Virus record (IMG/VR): IMGVR_UViG_3300012009_000091
Location: 1-64,000 of that record
DNA length: 64,000 bases
Source of the DNA: a virus
Strand: one strand, 5' to 3'
Below, piece after piece: positions 1-9,462 of this stretch; the first letter of the stretch is position 1; each line of letters starts with the position of its first letter. The notes beneath the pieces were generated by a model, which saw only the letters and a program-made list of their open reading frames with translations, made no database searches and was not told the origin of the DNA. Both the position numbers and the translations under genes were made by a program.

Positions 1-1
1 G

Positions 2-2674
2 GGAATTCGAACAGCTCGGACAGAGGCACAGCGTCGCCGTCTTGAAGATCGTGGATTTGCTAGTTTGACGGAAGGTCAGGTCGATCTGGGAGAGGACAGG
101 GGTTGGATGATGGCGACTGGCCGACAACATTTTGCATTGAGAATGTCCCGCATGGGGATGACTGTTGATCCAGAGACGCTTCAAGTGGCTCGGCCTTCGC
201 AATCATATATGCAGCTATTTGAAGCTACGATGGATGCACCTCGTGGAGAAGACATTCTTACGTTGATGGAGCGTCATGACAATCCATCGAGGGTGTTATC
301 GACAGCTCTGCATCTCCCCGACGACTTCCTGCAGACTGCGTCGGGAAGGGCGACTCTCCAGGAGATGATGCAAAGCGAGCGTCTCCCTGAATCTGTACGT
401 GAAGAAAGATCGTACAGGACCATTCAAGGTGGAATGGCTGCGATGGCTGCGGAGCATGTGACTGGTCTTTTGACTGCAGGAGGGGAGTCTGACATCGGCG
501 AGGACCGAGTTCGTGAGCTTCTCGGGTCTGCTAGAGGTAGAAGGGCCATTCGTATGGTGTCAGCCGCGTCAGAAGCGCGGAGTATGTTCGGGGGATCGAA
601 CTTCTTTGCTCAATCTCAGGGTCAAGAGGCCTTGACCGACGAGCAGATGGAGATACTGGACAATGTGGGTGATGCTCCTCCAGCCTGGCTTCCTTCTCGA
701 GATGAGCGGAGACGTCAGTATCAGGGCGTCCAAAATCTCCGGACGGTGGGAGAGAGGGGGATTCCTAATGCACCGGGAACGATGTTCGAGGCTTGGACTG
801 AAGAGTGGGTAAGAAATGACGTGCCGGTTGTTTCGCAGGACAATGTGAGGGATCGGGAGGCCAGACGTTTCCTTGAAGATGAAGGGGTCCGTTTTCCTGA
901 AGATATTGATCAGCATGAAATCCGGGCATATGGGTATAGGCCGATTGATTTAGAACGTCAAGCAGCTGAAAGAGCTTGGGGTAGTGGAGCGACTGAGCGG
1001 GTTTGGGTTGCTGCAGATCCGGACACGTATGGGAATCAAAATGAGCGTAATATGCTTACTGGTACTACTTCCCGGGAAATGCAGGCCATTTCTATTATGC
1101 AGCGAGGCCAGGAGTTAGGCTATACGCCGGACGAAATGGCTTTTATGGCCTTGGCTGCGAGGATGGATCCTACAGATGAAGAACAGGTCAATCTGTTTCG
1201 GGAAGCTGGCGGGCGTTCTGAAGGTAGGGAGAGGCGTCTTCGTCGAGAATTGGTTACAAGTGGCCGTACAGATGAGCTGACAAACGTGCTGGCGATGGAA
1301 CGGGATTTGCGGAGGGTGGAACGGGAGTACGACATAGATCGTTCAGATCCAGGTACTATAGATACTTTACAGATAAATAACCCGGAGCTTGCAGGCAGAT
1401 ACTCTAGAACTCGGAGAACCGTCCTTGAGACACGGGAGAGGTGGGAAGAGGAGGGTCTAAGCAGGAGTTTGGAATCTGTATCGGAGGAGACGGCCGAAGC
1501 CACTGCCGCGGCATTTGAACGTTTGAATATTCCCGAGGCGGATGCAGAACAGCTCCAACAGTTTTATCAAACTCTCTTAACTTCGGAAGCGGGGCTAAGT
1601 AACAGGGAGATGTCCGCTTTTGCTAATTTGATTGAACAGGCTGGGGGAGAAGTGTCGAGTTTGCCTAGGGTCCTTGAGTATGTGACTGCTACTCAAGTTG
1701 AGGCAGTTCGTGCTGAGCAGTTTGCTGAGACCGCAGAGGCGTTGCGGGCCGAAGGGGCTGAGCGATTATTTCAGAGTGACGATTTCCTCTCTGCTCAAGG
1801 ATACGAAGAGTTCCTTCAAATTCGGGAGGAACAGAGGGATAGGGCCAGCACTCAAGGAAGAGATCCAAGTTCAGTGACCAATGCCGACGTCATGGACGAG
1901 CTGATGGAGAGGGCGCGAAACGAAGGACGGATGGATGGGGTCGACTCCTATTTTGAGACGGGCGCTTCCGGAGCTGCGGAATTGTATATGCGTTTGCAAG
2001 GAACCGGAGATGTTTCTTCGGAAGGTATGGCAGCTCTAGATGCATTGGTGGACCGGGAGAGGCGGGAGAGAATGCAAGCACTGGAAGGTAGGGATCTGGA
2101 TCCCGACCAGCTCGGTGCGGAGATAGATGACATAGAGGAAGAGCTTGCACAGTATCGTAAGGACTTAGCTGCCGACTGGTCCAATGTTAGCTTCGCTGAC
2201 GTCATGTACGGCTCAGGTGCGTCGATGGCTGAAGGGGGGATAAATGACGTAGAGAGGGAAATCCTTTCCATATTGCCTGGTTCCGAACGTGTATTCGGAT
2301 TGCAAGCCACTATGGAAGGCGGTGGGGATGCAGAGCAGCTTCAAACAGTTCTCGCTAGTATGATTGGGGGAGGTGCTGAAAGGCAGCAGCAGTTTGCCGA
2401 GAGTATGGGTGCGGAGAGTATAGAAGATCTTGCTGCTCAATTGCAGGAAGAGGGCGTCGGCGGACAGACGTTCCAGGAGCTTGTCGGCCGAGCGATTGCG
2501 GAGGGTACGCTTTCTACACAATCCATGGAACAGTTCGAGGAACGCTCGATGCAGCAGAAGCGTGATCAGGCTACGATTCGTATGGATGAAAACCTCGATT
2601 CGGTTATCGCTGGATCAGGACGTCGAGCTCTTGTTACGGTGGCGCATGATGATGTCGACGAGCTAGCCGAATGA
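2..2674 (+). CDS. Probable tail tape measure or long helical virion protein, C-terminal part (5'-truncated by window)
   Basis: Frame is open from nt 2 (GIRTARTEAQRRR...) through the TTG at 65. E/A/Q/R-rich, apparently helical, and sits directly upstream of tube-initiator/hub-like genes. Function is inferred from position and composition. Confidence 0.5.
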   Translation, partial: GIRTARTEAQRRRLEDRGFASLTEGQVDLGEDRGWMMATGRQHFALRMSRMGMTVDPETLQVARPSQSYMQLFEATMDAPRGEDILTLMERHDNPSRVLSTALHLPDDFLQTASGRATLQEMMQSERLPESVREERSYRTIQGGMAAMAAEHVTGLLTAGGESDIGEDRVRELLGSARGRRAIRMVSAASEARSMFGGSNFFAQSQGQEALTDEQMEILDNVGDAPPAWLPSRDERRRQYQGVQNLRTVGERGIPNAPGTMFEAWTEEWVRNDVPVVSQDNVRDREARRFLEDEGVRFPEDIDQHEIRAYGYRPIDLERQAAERAWGSGATERVWVAADPDTYGNQNERNMLTGTTSREMQAISIMQRGQELGYTPDEMAFMALAARMDPTDEEQVNLFREAGGRSEGRERRLRRELVTSGRTDELTNVLAMERDLRRVEREYDIDRSDPGTIDTLQINNPELAGRYSRTRRTVLETRERWEEEGLSRSLESVSEETAEATAAAFERLNIPEADAEQLQQFYQTLLTSEAGLSNREMSAFANLIEQAGGEVSSLPRVLEYVTATQVEAVRAEQFAETAEALRAEGAERLFQSDDFLSAQGYEEFLQIREEQRDRASTQGRDPSSVTNADVMDELMERARNEGRMDGVDSYFETGASGAAELYMRLQGTGDVSSEGMAALDALVDRERRERMQALEGRDLDPDQLGAEIDDIEEELAQYRKDLAADWSNVSFADVMYGSGASMAEGGINDVEREILSILPGSERVFGLQATMEGGGDAEQLQTVLASMIGGGAERQQQFAESMGAESIEDLAAQLQEEGVGGQTFQELVGRAIAEGTLSTQSMEQFEERSMQQKRDQATIRMDENLDSVIAGSGRRALVTVAHDDVDELAE

Positions 2675-2686
2675 GTCTGACAGGAA

Positions 2687-2911
2687 ATGCGGATGGCTGA
2701 GTATACTGTATTGGAAACCAAACGACTGCCGTTTACACGCGGCGTCTTTGTGCAGCGGATCTACGATCGTTTGAGTCCTGACTTCGTGGTCCATAACTGG
2801 ACGAGAACCTATGTGAGGGCACTTAAAGCTGGTCGTCCACCGATGTTGACAACGATCAAACGGGCGATGCGGCTTCCGTTGGTTCGCCGTGTCTACCCGT
2901 CCGAGGAATAA
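2687..2911 (+). CDS. Small basic hypothetical protein
   Basis: Fills the gap between two long + strand ORFs; AGGA upstream. Confidence 0.45.
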   Translation: MRMAEYTVLETKRLPFTRGVFVQRIYDRLSPDFVVHNWTRTYVRALKAGRPPMLTTIKRAMRLPLVRRVYPSEE

Positions 2912-2912
2912 T

Positions 2913-3830
2913 ATGCCGTACGTTTTTTTGGATGTTGAGCCGTTTGATCCGGGTTTGACTCGCGCCAACGTGTTCGACCAAAGCAGCATCCCTATTCGTC
3001 GTCCATTCATGGGCCTCTCTATCAACAAGGAGACGCATGCTGCTTTACAGGTGATTAGTCGTTCTTCGACGGCTCGTGCGCATTGGTTTCGTCTGCTTAA
3101 CTCAAGCGACAATCAGGGCGAATCTTTCGGGAGCACGAATTTTATCATCACTACAGTGCGCCATGCTCGGAAAGAGGCGATTCAGCTCGTTCAATCTTTC
3201 TCTAAAACCTTTCTGTATACGTTCGGGGATACGCCTCAGTATCTCAATGTGCAGGGGGTCTTGTTGAAGTCCGAGAATTTTCCGTGGAAGACGGAATGGC
3301 TTCGGAATTACAACGAACGAATGCGGGCGAGTAAAACCGTTCAGTCCCTCGCTAGCGTCTATTTGACCGTTGAAGATGTGATCTATGAAGGCCAGATGTT
3401 AGGGTGTGATGTGGTGGATCAGGCGGACAGTAACAACATGAGTCCGCTGACTTTCTTGATGTATCTTACTAACGTCATCTATACCGATGTTGGGCCTGCC
3501 CGTTTTCCGGGTGAGGAAGGCGGAGAAGATACGACCCGAGCTTCTCGCTCGGAGTATATCCGGCTGCCGTTGTCAGAGAGAACACGAATGATCGCTGCTG
3601 GAATGGATCCGGATGAACAACATACGTACTACATCGACAGTGCGGGTAATCTTTCTTCAGCGTCTATAGAGCGGATCCGGCAGTGGGAGTTGGCTCACCA
3701 GCTTCAATGGTTGAATGACGGGCGATCATTTACAGAAGCCGCCCTACAGATTGAAAGGCTGATCAACAGCCGTGTTGGCGGGTTCGCTGCGCGTCTAGAA
3801 GAATTTGAATCGGAGATGGAAGATCTATGA
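2913..3830 (+). CDS. Putative tail tube initiator / baseplate-associated protein
   Basis: ATG 2913 has a GAGGA SD. Segment YTFGDTPQYLNVQGVL resembles tube-initiator folds; lies between tape measure and hub. Confidence 0.45.
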   Translation: MPYVFLDVEPFDPGLTRANVFDQSSIPIRRPFMGLSINKETHAALQVISRSSTARAHWFRLLNSSDNQGESFGSTNFIITTVRHARKEAIQLVQSFSKTFLYTFGDTPQYLNVQGVLLKSENFPWKTEWLRNYNERMRASKTVQSLASVYLTVEDVIYEGQMLGCDVVDQADSNNMSPLTFLMYLTNVIYTDVGPARFPGEEGGEDTTRASRSEYIRLPLSERTRMIAAGMDPDEQHTYYIDSAGNLSSASIERIRQWELAHQLQWLNDGRSFTEAALQIERLINSRVGGFAARLEEFESEMEDL

Positions 3831-6604
3831 GTTCTGGTGATGTGAACCTCCGAGCGTTCATCGAAGGGGTAGAGATTCCTATTATCAGCTGCCAGGTTTC
3901 TGAACAACTGTGGCAGGTCACATCGGCTAATTTGACGGTTCCCTATCATCGGTTGGGGAAGCAGATCCTCGCCCGGTCGGTGGTGCATGTCTTTGTCAAA
4001 GAACCGACTCCTATCGATTTCAAACGAAAGGAAGCGGTCGAATCTGATCAAGGGGCGGCCGGTACGTTCGATGGAACCAATCCTCTTTGGGGGTTTTTTG
4101 ATACAGAAGACGCTCGTCGGTATCGAACGTTCTTCTGGGGTGAAGTTCAAGGTGACGGAAGTTTCCGAAACCCGGTTTCCGGGCAGTTGACCATCTCTGC
4201 AATCGGTTTCTCGAACTACTTTGATTTCATCCGGCAGTATCAAGCTCTTCGTGGAACTGGCTCTCTGTCCGATGAGGAGCGGCGATTTGCGGGTGTAGAG
4301 GACGCCTTCACCTCCAGTTCAGGTCGTTATGCTTCCCCTGATCGGATTGTAAATATCCTTCGTCAAGCAGAGGGAGACCTGCAAACAGGAATCCGCGATC
4401 TTCTCACGGAATTCGTTGTGCGGACGAATTGGTTTTGGAAGGATCGTTTTGCTCTTCTTCGATTTGAGGATTTGTTCCGGTCCGTCTTGAACGATGACAC
4501 GGCGGAGACTTTGATGGATCTTCGTGTCTTCAAGAAGTTCATCCGTAATACGATTGGTCGCGCGGGACTCCAGATGAATGTGCGAGGTATCCTTCAGACC
4601 CTCGGACAGTTCCTGTTTCATGATCTGATTGAACATGCAGCGCCTACGTATTTTCCTTATGTCTCAGAGGAGATATTCAATACCCTCTCATCCAATGAGT
4701 ATGACGAGACTGAGCCCGTTGTGACTCGTGCGGCTCAAGTTGATCAGATGACCAGTCTTGTTTATAAGCCGGAACTCTGGTGGACGTCCCCTCCTGCTTG
4801 CAACATTCTGTTCCCGTCTCAATACTCTGCAGAATCAATGACGCGGGACAAGATCAGCCAGCCTACGCGCACCGTGCTTAAAATCCGTCCCGGTGTATCT
4901 GGATCGCGGAGGACTATCGCAGATCGGTATTTTGCACCGGACACCACGGCGTTAAACAGCCTAGTCAGTTCGACACCGGAAAGCGAACAACATGTATTTC
5001 TCTTACCTCATGAGAAGTTTCAGGGGATCAATACCAACTTTGTTTTTCTCAACGAGATCGCGCGGCTGACTCGACGCGATTCGGCGCAAGACTATCTTCG
5101 TTCTTACGCCCAGTTCATGCATTGGAAAACCTCGTATCAGGGACGCCAGGTGACGTTTGATAGTCAGAAGATCCTCACTCAGGTTCTAGTGGGCTATCCA
5201 GCTGTGGCTCTTGACCCGTCCTGTGCTCAAGGAGACTGGTCACAAGATCCGAATTTGGCGGAGAAGATTCGATTGCGACGGTTGCTTGCGGCGTTGTATG
5301 CATGTCTCGAAAGATGGGAACGGAGACTTCGACGTCTCCGAGCGGAATTGGCTATCGCTAGAGCGCATCTTCAATATTTGGACTGGTTTCTGTGGGGATA
5401 TCCTAGTAGCGCTCCAAATCGGTCGTCGAGTATTCGTGATCTGCTCGCTCAATCGTGGAATAATAACAACGAGGAGCCTAGGTTTTCTATCAGCAATGCG
5501 ATTCAACGCATGAATCAAAATCGTTGGAGAGCTGTGGGTTGTTGGACCCCTTCTTATGATCCTGAAGCGCTTGAGAGGTTCTTTGGAGAAGCAGGTAGGG
5601 ACATCATTCCTAGCGGTTCGAGGGACTGGATTACGCTAGAACCGAGCGCGTCAAATAGCGGATATGAAGAATATATTGAACATCTCCGCGGCATTCTACT
5701 TGCGTACATTGACCGTCTCTTGCGACAGATTGCGGAGGCTGAGGCGAATATTGAACGTTTGAATGAGGGGATTGCGTGGGTTAATGCCCGGTTGCGAGAG
5801 CTTGGCTGGGACACCGGGCAGCACGAACATGTTTTGTTTTATGTTGTGCAGAAGATCATGCAGGTCAAGAATGACGCCGAAAGTCCTGTAACTCGAACAT
5901 CAATCACCGGGTCTTTTGCGCGAGTACATGATGAAGACATTGATCTCGATGGTGTACGGGGGGACAGTTTTGAGCAAGTCATCAAAACCGGGTCCGGAGG
6001 ATTCTTTTCGGATATGTACGCTCCTGATAAGATTGGTCAGGACTTCTACTACCCTCTCTACGGTGTTGAATCAGTGGTTGATCTAGGGGCGGCTTTAGGT
6101 TCAGAACAGGCGTCAGATGAACCGCCGGAAGCGGAAGCGGATATCGGTGCAGAGGAGCAGCGTTGGCATGATCTCATACTCGAGATTTGTAGAGATCGCT
6201 CGGAGGACACAGAGACGTCCGGATTGACCGTGAAAGAAGCCTTGAGTGCGATAGTTGATACGTACCGGGATCTTGTGACGTCTGGAGCAGACCCGACTCG
6301 ATTTGTGGAAACAGCAACTGCTAGACCAACAGCTACACTCTTTGATATGTTTGGGTCAGGAACTCTGGACCAGGCCTCGCAGGAGGTGTACGGTAATCAC
6401 CAGGGATCTAACAAGCCGTCTGGGGTAGGTTTCCATGAATTTGTCTTCTTACAAGGGAACAATACCGCGGATACGGAGGAAATGTTTGACACCGGTGGAC
6501 TGGAAGGTGGAGAATCAGACCACCTTGATGTAGCCACGGCTCGACGTCAACGGGTTTTGGAGTACGTACGAGCGTTGGAGAACGAGATACAGTCGGGGAA
6601 TTAG
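3827..6604 (+). CDS. Putative baseplate hub protein (gp27/gpD-like N-terminus) with coiled-coil insertion
   Basis: N-terminus LRAFIEGVEIPIISCQV...ANLTVPY...FFWGEV fits the hub pattern; ATGA overlap with the upstream gene. Confidence 0.55.
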   Translation: MSSGDVNLRAFIEGVEIPIISCQVSEQLWQVTSANLTVPYHRLGKQILARSVVHVFVKEPTPIDFKRKEAVESDQGAAGTFDGTNPLWGFFDTEDARRYRTFFWGEVQGDGSFRNPVSGQLTISAIGFSNYFDFIRQYQALRGTGSLSDEERRFAGVEDAFTSSSGRYASPDRIVNILRQAEGDLQTGIRDLLTEFVVRTNWFWKDRFALLRFEDLFRSVLNDDTAETLMDLRVFKKFIRNTIGRAGLQMNVRGILQTLGQFLFHDLIEHAAPTYFPYVSEEIFNTLSSNEYDETEPVVTRAAQVDQMTSLVYKPELWWTSPPACNILFPSQYSAESMTRDKISQPTRTVLKIRPGVSGSRRTIADRYFAPDTTALNSLVSSTPESEQHVFLLPHEKFQGINTNFVFLNEIARLTRRDSAQDYLRSYAQFMHWKTSYQGRQVTFDSQKILTQVLVGYPAVALDPSCAQGDWSQDPNLAEKIRLRRLLAALYACLERWERRLRRLRAELAIARAHLQYLDWFLWGYPSSAPNRSSSIRDLLAQSWNNNNEEPRFSISNAIQRMNQNRWRAVGCWTPSYDPEALERFFGEAGRDIIPSGSRDWITLEPSASNSGYEEYIEHLRGILLAYIDRLLRQIAEAEANIERLNEGIAWVNARLRELGWDTGQHEHVLFYVVQKIMQVKNDAESPVTRTSITGSFARVHDEDIDLDGVRGDSFEQVIKTGSGGFFSDMYAPDKIGQDFYYPLYGVESVVDLGAALGSEQASDEPPEAEADIGAEEQRWHDLILEICRDRSEDTETSGLTVKEALSAIVDTYRDLVTSGADPTRFVETATARPTATLFDMFGSGTLDQASQEVYGNHQGSNKPSGVGFHEFVFLQGNNTADTEEMFDTGGLEGGESDHLDVATARRQRVLEYVRALENEIQSGN

Positions 6605-9172
6605 ATGTCAACCGCCATAGCTATGTATCCATCTGCCATGCGTCAAGTAGGTTTTGACGCTCCGTCTGGAATTCTCAAGATTGCTTCCAACCAGATGCTG
6701 ATTCCCCGTAATCGGGGCATTTTGAACCCAGTCGATCCGGAGCTTGAAAAGATCGCGTTGGGCACGCTCCTCAAAGGGCTTGGTAAAGGGCTTGGTAAAG
6801 GTTTAGGATCTCTAGGTAGAACAGGGGCTCGCGGTTTGGGAATGGCTGCGCGTGCGCCGGGTCGGGCGGCAGGGGCCGGGTTGCGTGGTACTGGAAAGCT
6901 TTTGCAGGGGGCGGGAAAACGCCTGACTTCCAAACCATTACTTGGGCGGTTAGGAGGATCTTTACAGCGTAGTGGGATGAAAACTGAGTTGCTCGGTCAG
7001 CAAATGGGATCCTCGACTGCTAGAGCGGGAGCCAGAGCTGCGAAAAGATGGCAACCTGGTGTTTTAGACCGTTCGGCGGAAAGTGTTCGACGGGCTGTTG
7101 GAGGCCGCGCGAGCAAGGCGATGGGGAAACAGCAGTTCAATCAACTCAACCGATTAAAGCACACGGATCCTAAGACATTCTCGCGTTTGGGGCTAGGCAC
7201 ACGCGTTCGGCACGGTATAGCTCGGCGAGGGCGGACTATGACTGATGTCGCTGATGTTCAGCGGAAAACCCGAGGTTTGGGTCAAGTCGGTGCTGATACC
7301 TCGCGCCGGTCTATGGGTCGTTTGCGAGGGCAGATCGAGCGCGTCCGGAAGTATAGTCCGCGGAAAGCACAAAGACTAGAAAGCAGACTTGGTCGAGCTC
7401 ACGAGTCCCGATTTCGAGCGCAGGCGGCGGCTGGTAAAAACCCGAGCGCCTCTCGGTTCTTTAAGGATCCGACCGGAGCTCAGATTCCGAAAACGCCTCG
7501 TCAAGCCCCGTCTTCGGGATCGGCATCGGCGGCTTATAGTCCAACTCAAACTTCCTCGGCCGCCGGTTCGGCTGCTGGACGTGGACCACGGCCTGTGAAC
7601 CGCTCTCGTCGTATTCGTACCCAACAACCGGGTCGACAGACGGGTCGGACAGTGGCGGAGCAGCACGGTCTTTCGCAGTCACAGTCGGCTCCGATCCGTA
7701 GTGCACGTCAGGGAACGCAACTAGAATGGCGGGATGCATCGGGCAAGATTCAACGCGGGTCACCGGAGAGATTTCGTGCCGACCGGGATTGGGCTAGAGG
7801 GACCGGAGCGGATCTACCGACAGCCAGTCCGGTAACTGGACCGGTAACTGGATCCCATCGCTCGTATGCACCGACTGCGGCGCAGAGAGTGCAACCTGTA
7901 GCGACTGGTGCTACTGGGGCTACTGGTGCGACTGGTACAGTCGTGAAAGGACGATTTCAACCAGGAAGAGGCTTAAGCGGACCTACCCAGCCGGTTATGG
8001 GTAAAACGACGACGACGACTCCAGTGAGTCAAACAGCTACACCGACTTCGGCCTCTTCTAGGCAAGCTCCAACTAGTGGCACTTCGGGCGCTAGTCCCAC
8101 TCAGCAGGCCCCCACTCAGCAGGCCCCCACTCGGGCCCAGCAGGCTCAAACGCAGCGGGCCCAGCGGGTTCATTCCTCGGCACAGCAGCAGCGGGCTCAA
8201 ATCCGAGCGGAACGAGCTGCCCATCGGCGGGCACAGCAACGGCAGCAGGGTCAGCAAGGTCAAACGCCGCAAGGTCAAACGCCGCAAGGTCAACAGGGTC
8301 AACAGGGGACGTCGGGTCAGCAAGGTCAGCAGGGGACGTCGGGTCAACAGGGGACGTCGGGTCAACAGGGTCAGCAAGGTCAAACGTCGCAAGGTCAACA
8401 GGGTCAAACGCCGCAAAGTCAACAGGGTCAAACGCCGCAAGGTCAACAGGGTCAACAGGGGGCGTCGGGGTCTACTGGCGAAGGCGCAGAAGGCCCTAGC
8501 TGGTTCTCTCAGCCGTTATGGGAAGGAGCGCCGGCATGGGCTACAAGAGGCATGGGTCTTGGTGCCGGCGGACTGTACTACATGACGAATAAACAAAGCA
8601 GTCAGCGCAATCACGATGGTCGTGAAGTGTTGGCATCAGTGAATCAACATACAGGACGTGTTGATATGGAAAAGAAAGCATTGAATCTTCGTGGATTGGC
8701 CGCTCCGGCCGCTGCTGGTTTGGGGGGAGCTGGACTGGGCGCGTTGTTGGCAAGTCGGGTCCAATCCGATCGGTATGAGCCGTCTCGTATGCCAATGGGC
8801 GCGGGTGCGGTTTATGGACCTCGATACGCCTTGGAAGAGTTCGTTGATGAAGCGGAGGAAGCCGAGAACGAAGCCGCCTTGCAAGAGGCTTTAGCAGAAC
8901 TTCAAGGGAGTGGCGCTGTGTATGATCCCTACGATGAAATGGTCTACAAAGGAGCCAGTGATCGTGGGCGCCAGCGCGCGCGCGTTTTTACTGATGAATT
9001 GTCCAAGCTCGCCTCGGCGGCGTTGGATACGCTGGTTGAGAGTGAGTTGATTTCCCCACAGGTGGCTGCAGAATTCGGGCAGAGTCATGACGTTAGCAAG
9101 TTGGCCAACGTATTTTATGCGTTTGGGACTGCCGCCGCTGCCGCCGACGCTGCCGCGGAGGACCCTACGTAA
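6605..9172 (+). CDS. Low-complexity cationic G/Q-rich protein with multiple K-x-A motifs; putative head-internal/ejection polyprotein
   Basis: 855 aa with Arg/Gly-rich N-half, GQQ/GQTPQ repeats and glycine zippers. Motifs ELEKIA, MEKKA, FTDELSKLA, VSKLA. Confidence 0.6.
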   Translation: MSTAIAMYPSAMRQVGFDAPSGILKIASNQMLIPRNRGILNPVDPELEKIALGTLLKGLGKGLGKGLGSLGRTGARGLGMAARAPGRAAGAGLRGTGKLLQGAGKRLTSKPLLGRLGGSLQRSGMKTELLGQQMGSSTARAGARAAKRWQPGVLDRSAESVRRAVGGRASKAMGKQQFNQLNRLKHTDPKTFSRLGLGTRVRHGIARRGRTMTDVADVQRKTRGLGQVGADTSRRSMGRLRGQIERVRKYSPRKAQRLESRLGRAHESRFRAQAAAGKNPSASRFFKDPTGAQIPKTPRQAPSSGSASAAYSPTQTSSAAGSAAGRGPRPVNRSRRIRTQQPGRQTGRTVAEQHGLSQSQSAPIRSARQGTQLEWRDASGKIQRGSPERFRADRDWARGTGADLPTASPVTGPVTGSHRSYAPTAAQRVQPVATGATGATGATGTVVKGRFQPGRGLSGPTQPVMGKTTTTTPVSQTATPTSASSRQAPTSGTSGASPTQQAPTQQAPTRAQQAQTQRAQRVHSSAQQQRAQIRAERAAHRRAQQRQQGQQGQTPQGQTPQGQQGQQGTSGQQGQQGTSGQQGTSGQQGQQGQTSQGQQGQTPQSQQGQTPQGQQGQQGASGSTGEGAEGPSWFSQPLWEGAPAWATRGMGLGAGGLYYMTNKQSSQRNHDGREVLASVNQHTGRVDMEKKALNLRGLAAPAAAGLGGAGLGALLASRVQSDRYEPSRMPMGAGAVYGPRYALEEFVDEAEEAENEAALQEALAELQGSGAVYDPYDEMVYKGASDRGRQRARVFTDELSKLASAALDTLVESELISPQVAAEFGQSHDVSKLANVFYAFGTAAAAADAAAEDPT
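8246..8462 (+). repeat. Coding tandem repeat (GGTCAACAG / GGTCAGCAA / GGTCAAACGCCGCAA / GGGACGTCG units) encoding GQQ, GQTPQ, GTS
   Basis: Imperfect 9- and 15-nt tandem units are directly visible. Confidence 0.9.
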
Positions 9173-9204
9173 CCTCCGCGGAAAGCCCACCCGACGGAGG
9201 GGTT
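9153..9204 (+). promoter_or_regulatory. Alternative RNA stems around the stop codon of 6605..9172 and the SD of the next gene
   Basis: CCGCGGAGG (9153-9161) is the perfect reverse complement of CCTCCGCGG (9173-9181). CCTCCG can alternatively pair with CGGAGG (9195-9200). Confidence 0.5.
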
Positions 9205-9207
9205 AAA

Positions 9208-9462
9208 GTGGCAGCAGGTACCGCGTCATGGATTACCAACGCTCTGACTCGGGCCAGACGTGGAGCAGGACATCTTCCTGATATTTGGAGGCACGCAACC
9301 AAAGCGGGAGTACCAGCGGGTCAGCGTTGGGACGCTATCAAGAGGTACGTCCAGAGCCATCCAAGCGGGGCTGGGGATCTGGCGACGTTAGGTGCTATGG
9401 CGGTTCCTATGGGAGTCGGTACCTATGATATTGGATCGTCAGTGCTCGATCAACTAACATGA
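9208..9462 (+). CDS. Small hypothetical protein with hydrophobic Gly-rich C-terminal segment (possibly a frameshift extension of the upstream gene)
   Basis: GTG start with GGAGG SD. The frame is open upstream to at least 9160 and reads VKVA at the start. Confidence 0.55.
   Translation: MAAGTASWITNALTRARRGAGHLPDIWRHATKAGVPAGQRWDAIKRYVQSHPSGAGDLATLGAMAVPMGVGTYDIGSSVLDQLT

Noticed and set aside
8246-8462. CRISPR-like array
   Set aside because: Units are 9-15 nt, in frame, and lack unique spacers. This is a coding low-complexity repeat.
7973-8585. Alternative-frame ORFs (7973..8455 - and 8076..8585 +) with LTLLTLRR or KVNRV repeats
   Set aside because: These are shadow ORFs caused by the stop-poor repeat within the 855-aa gene.
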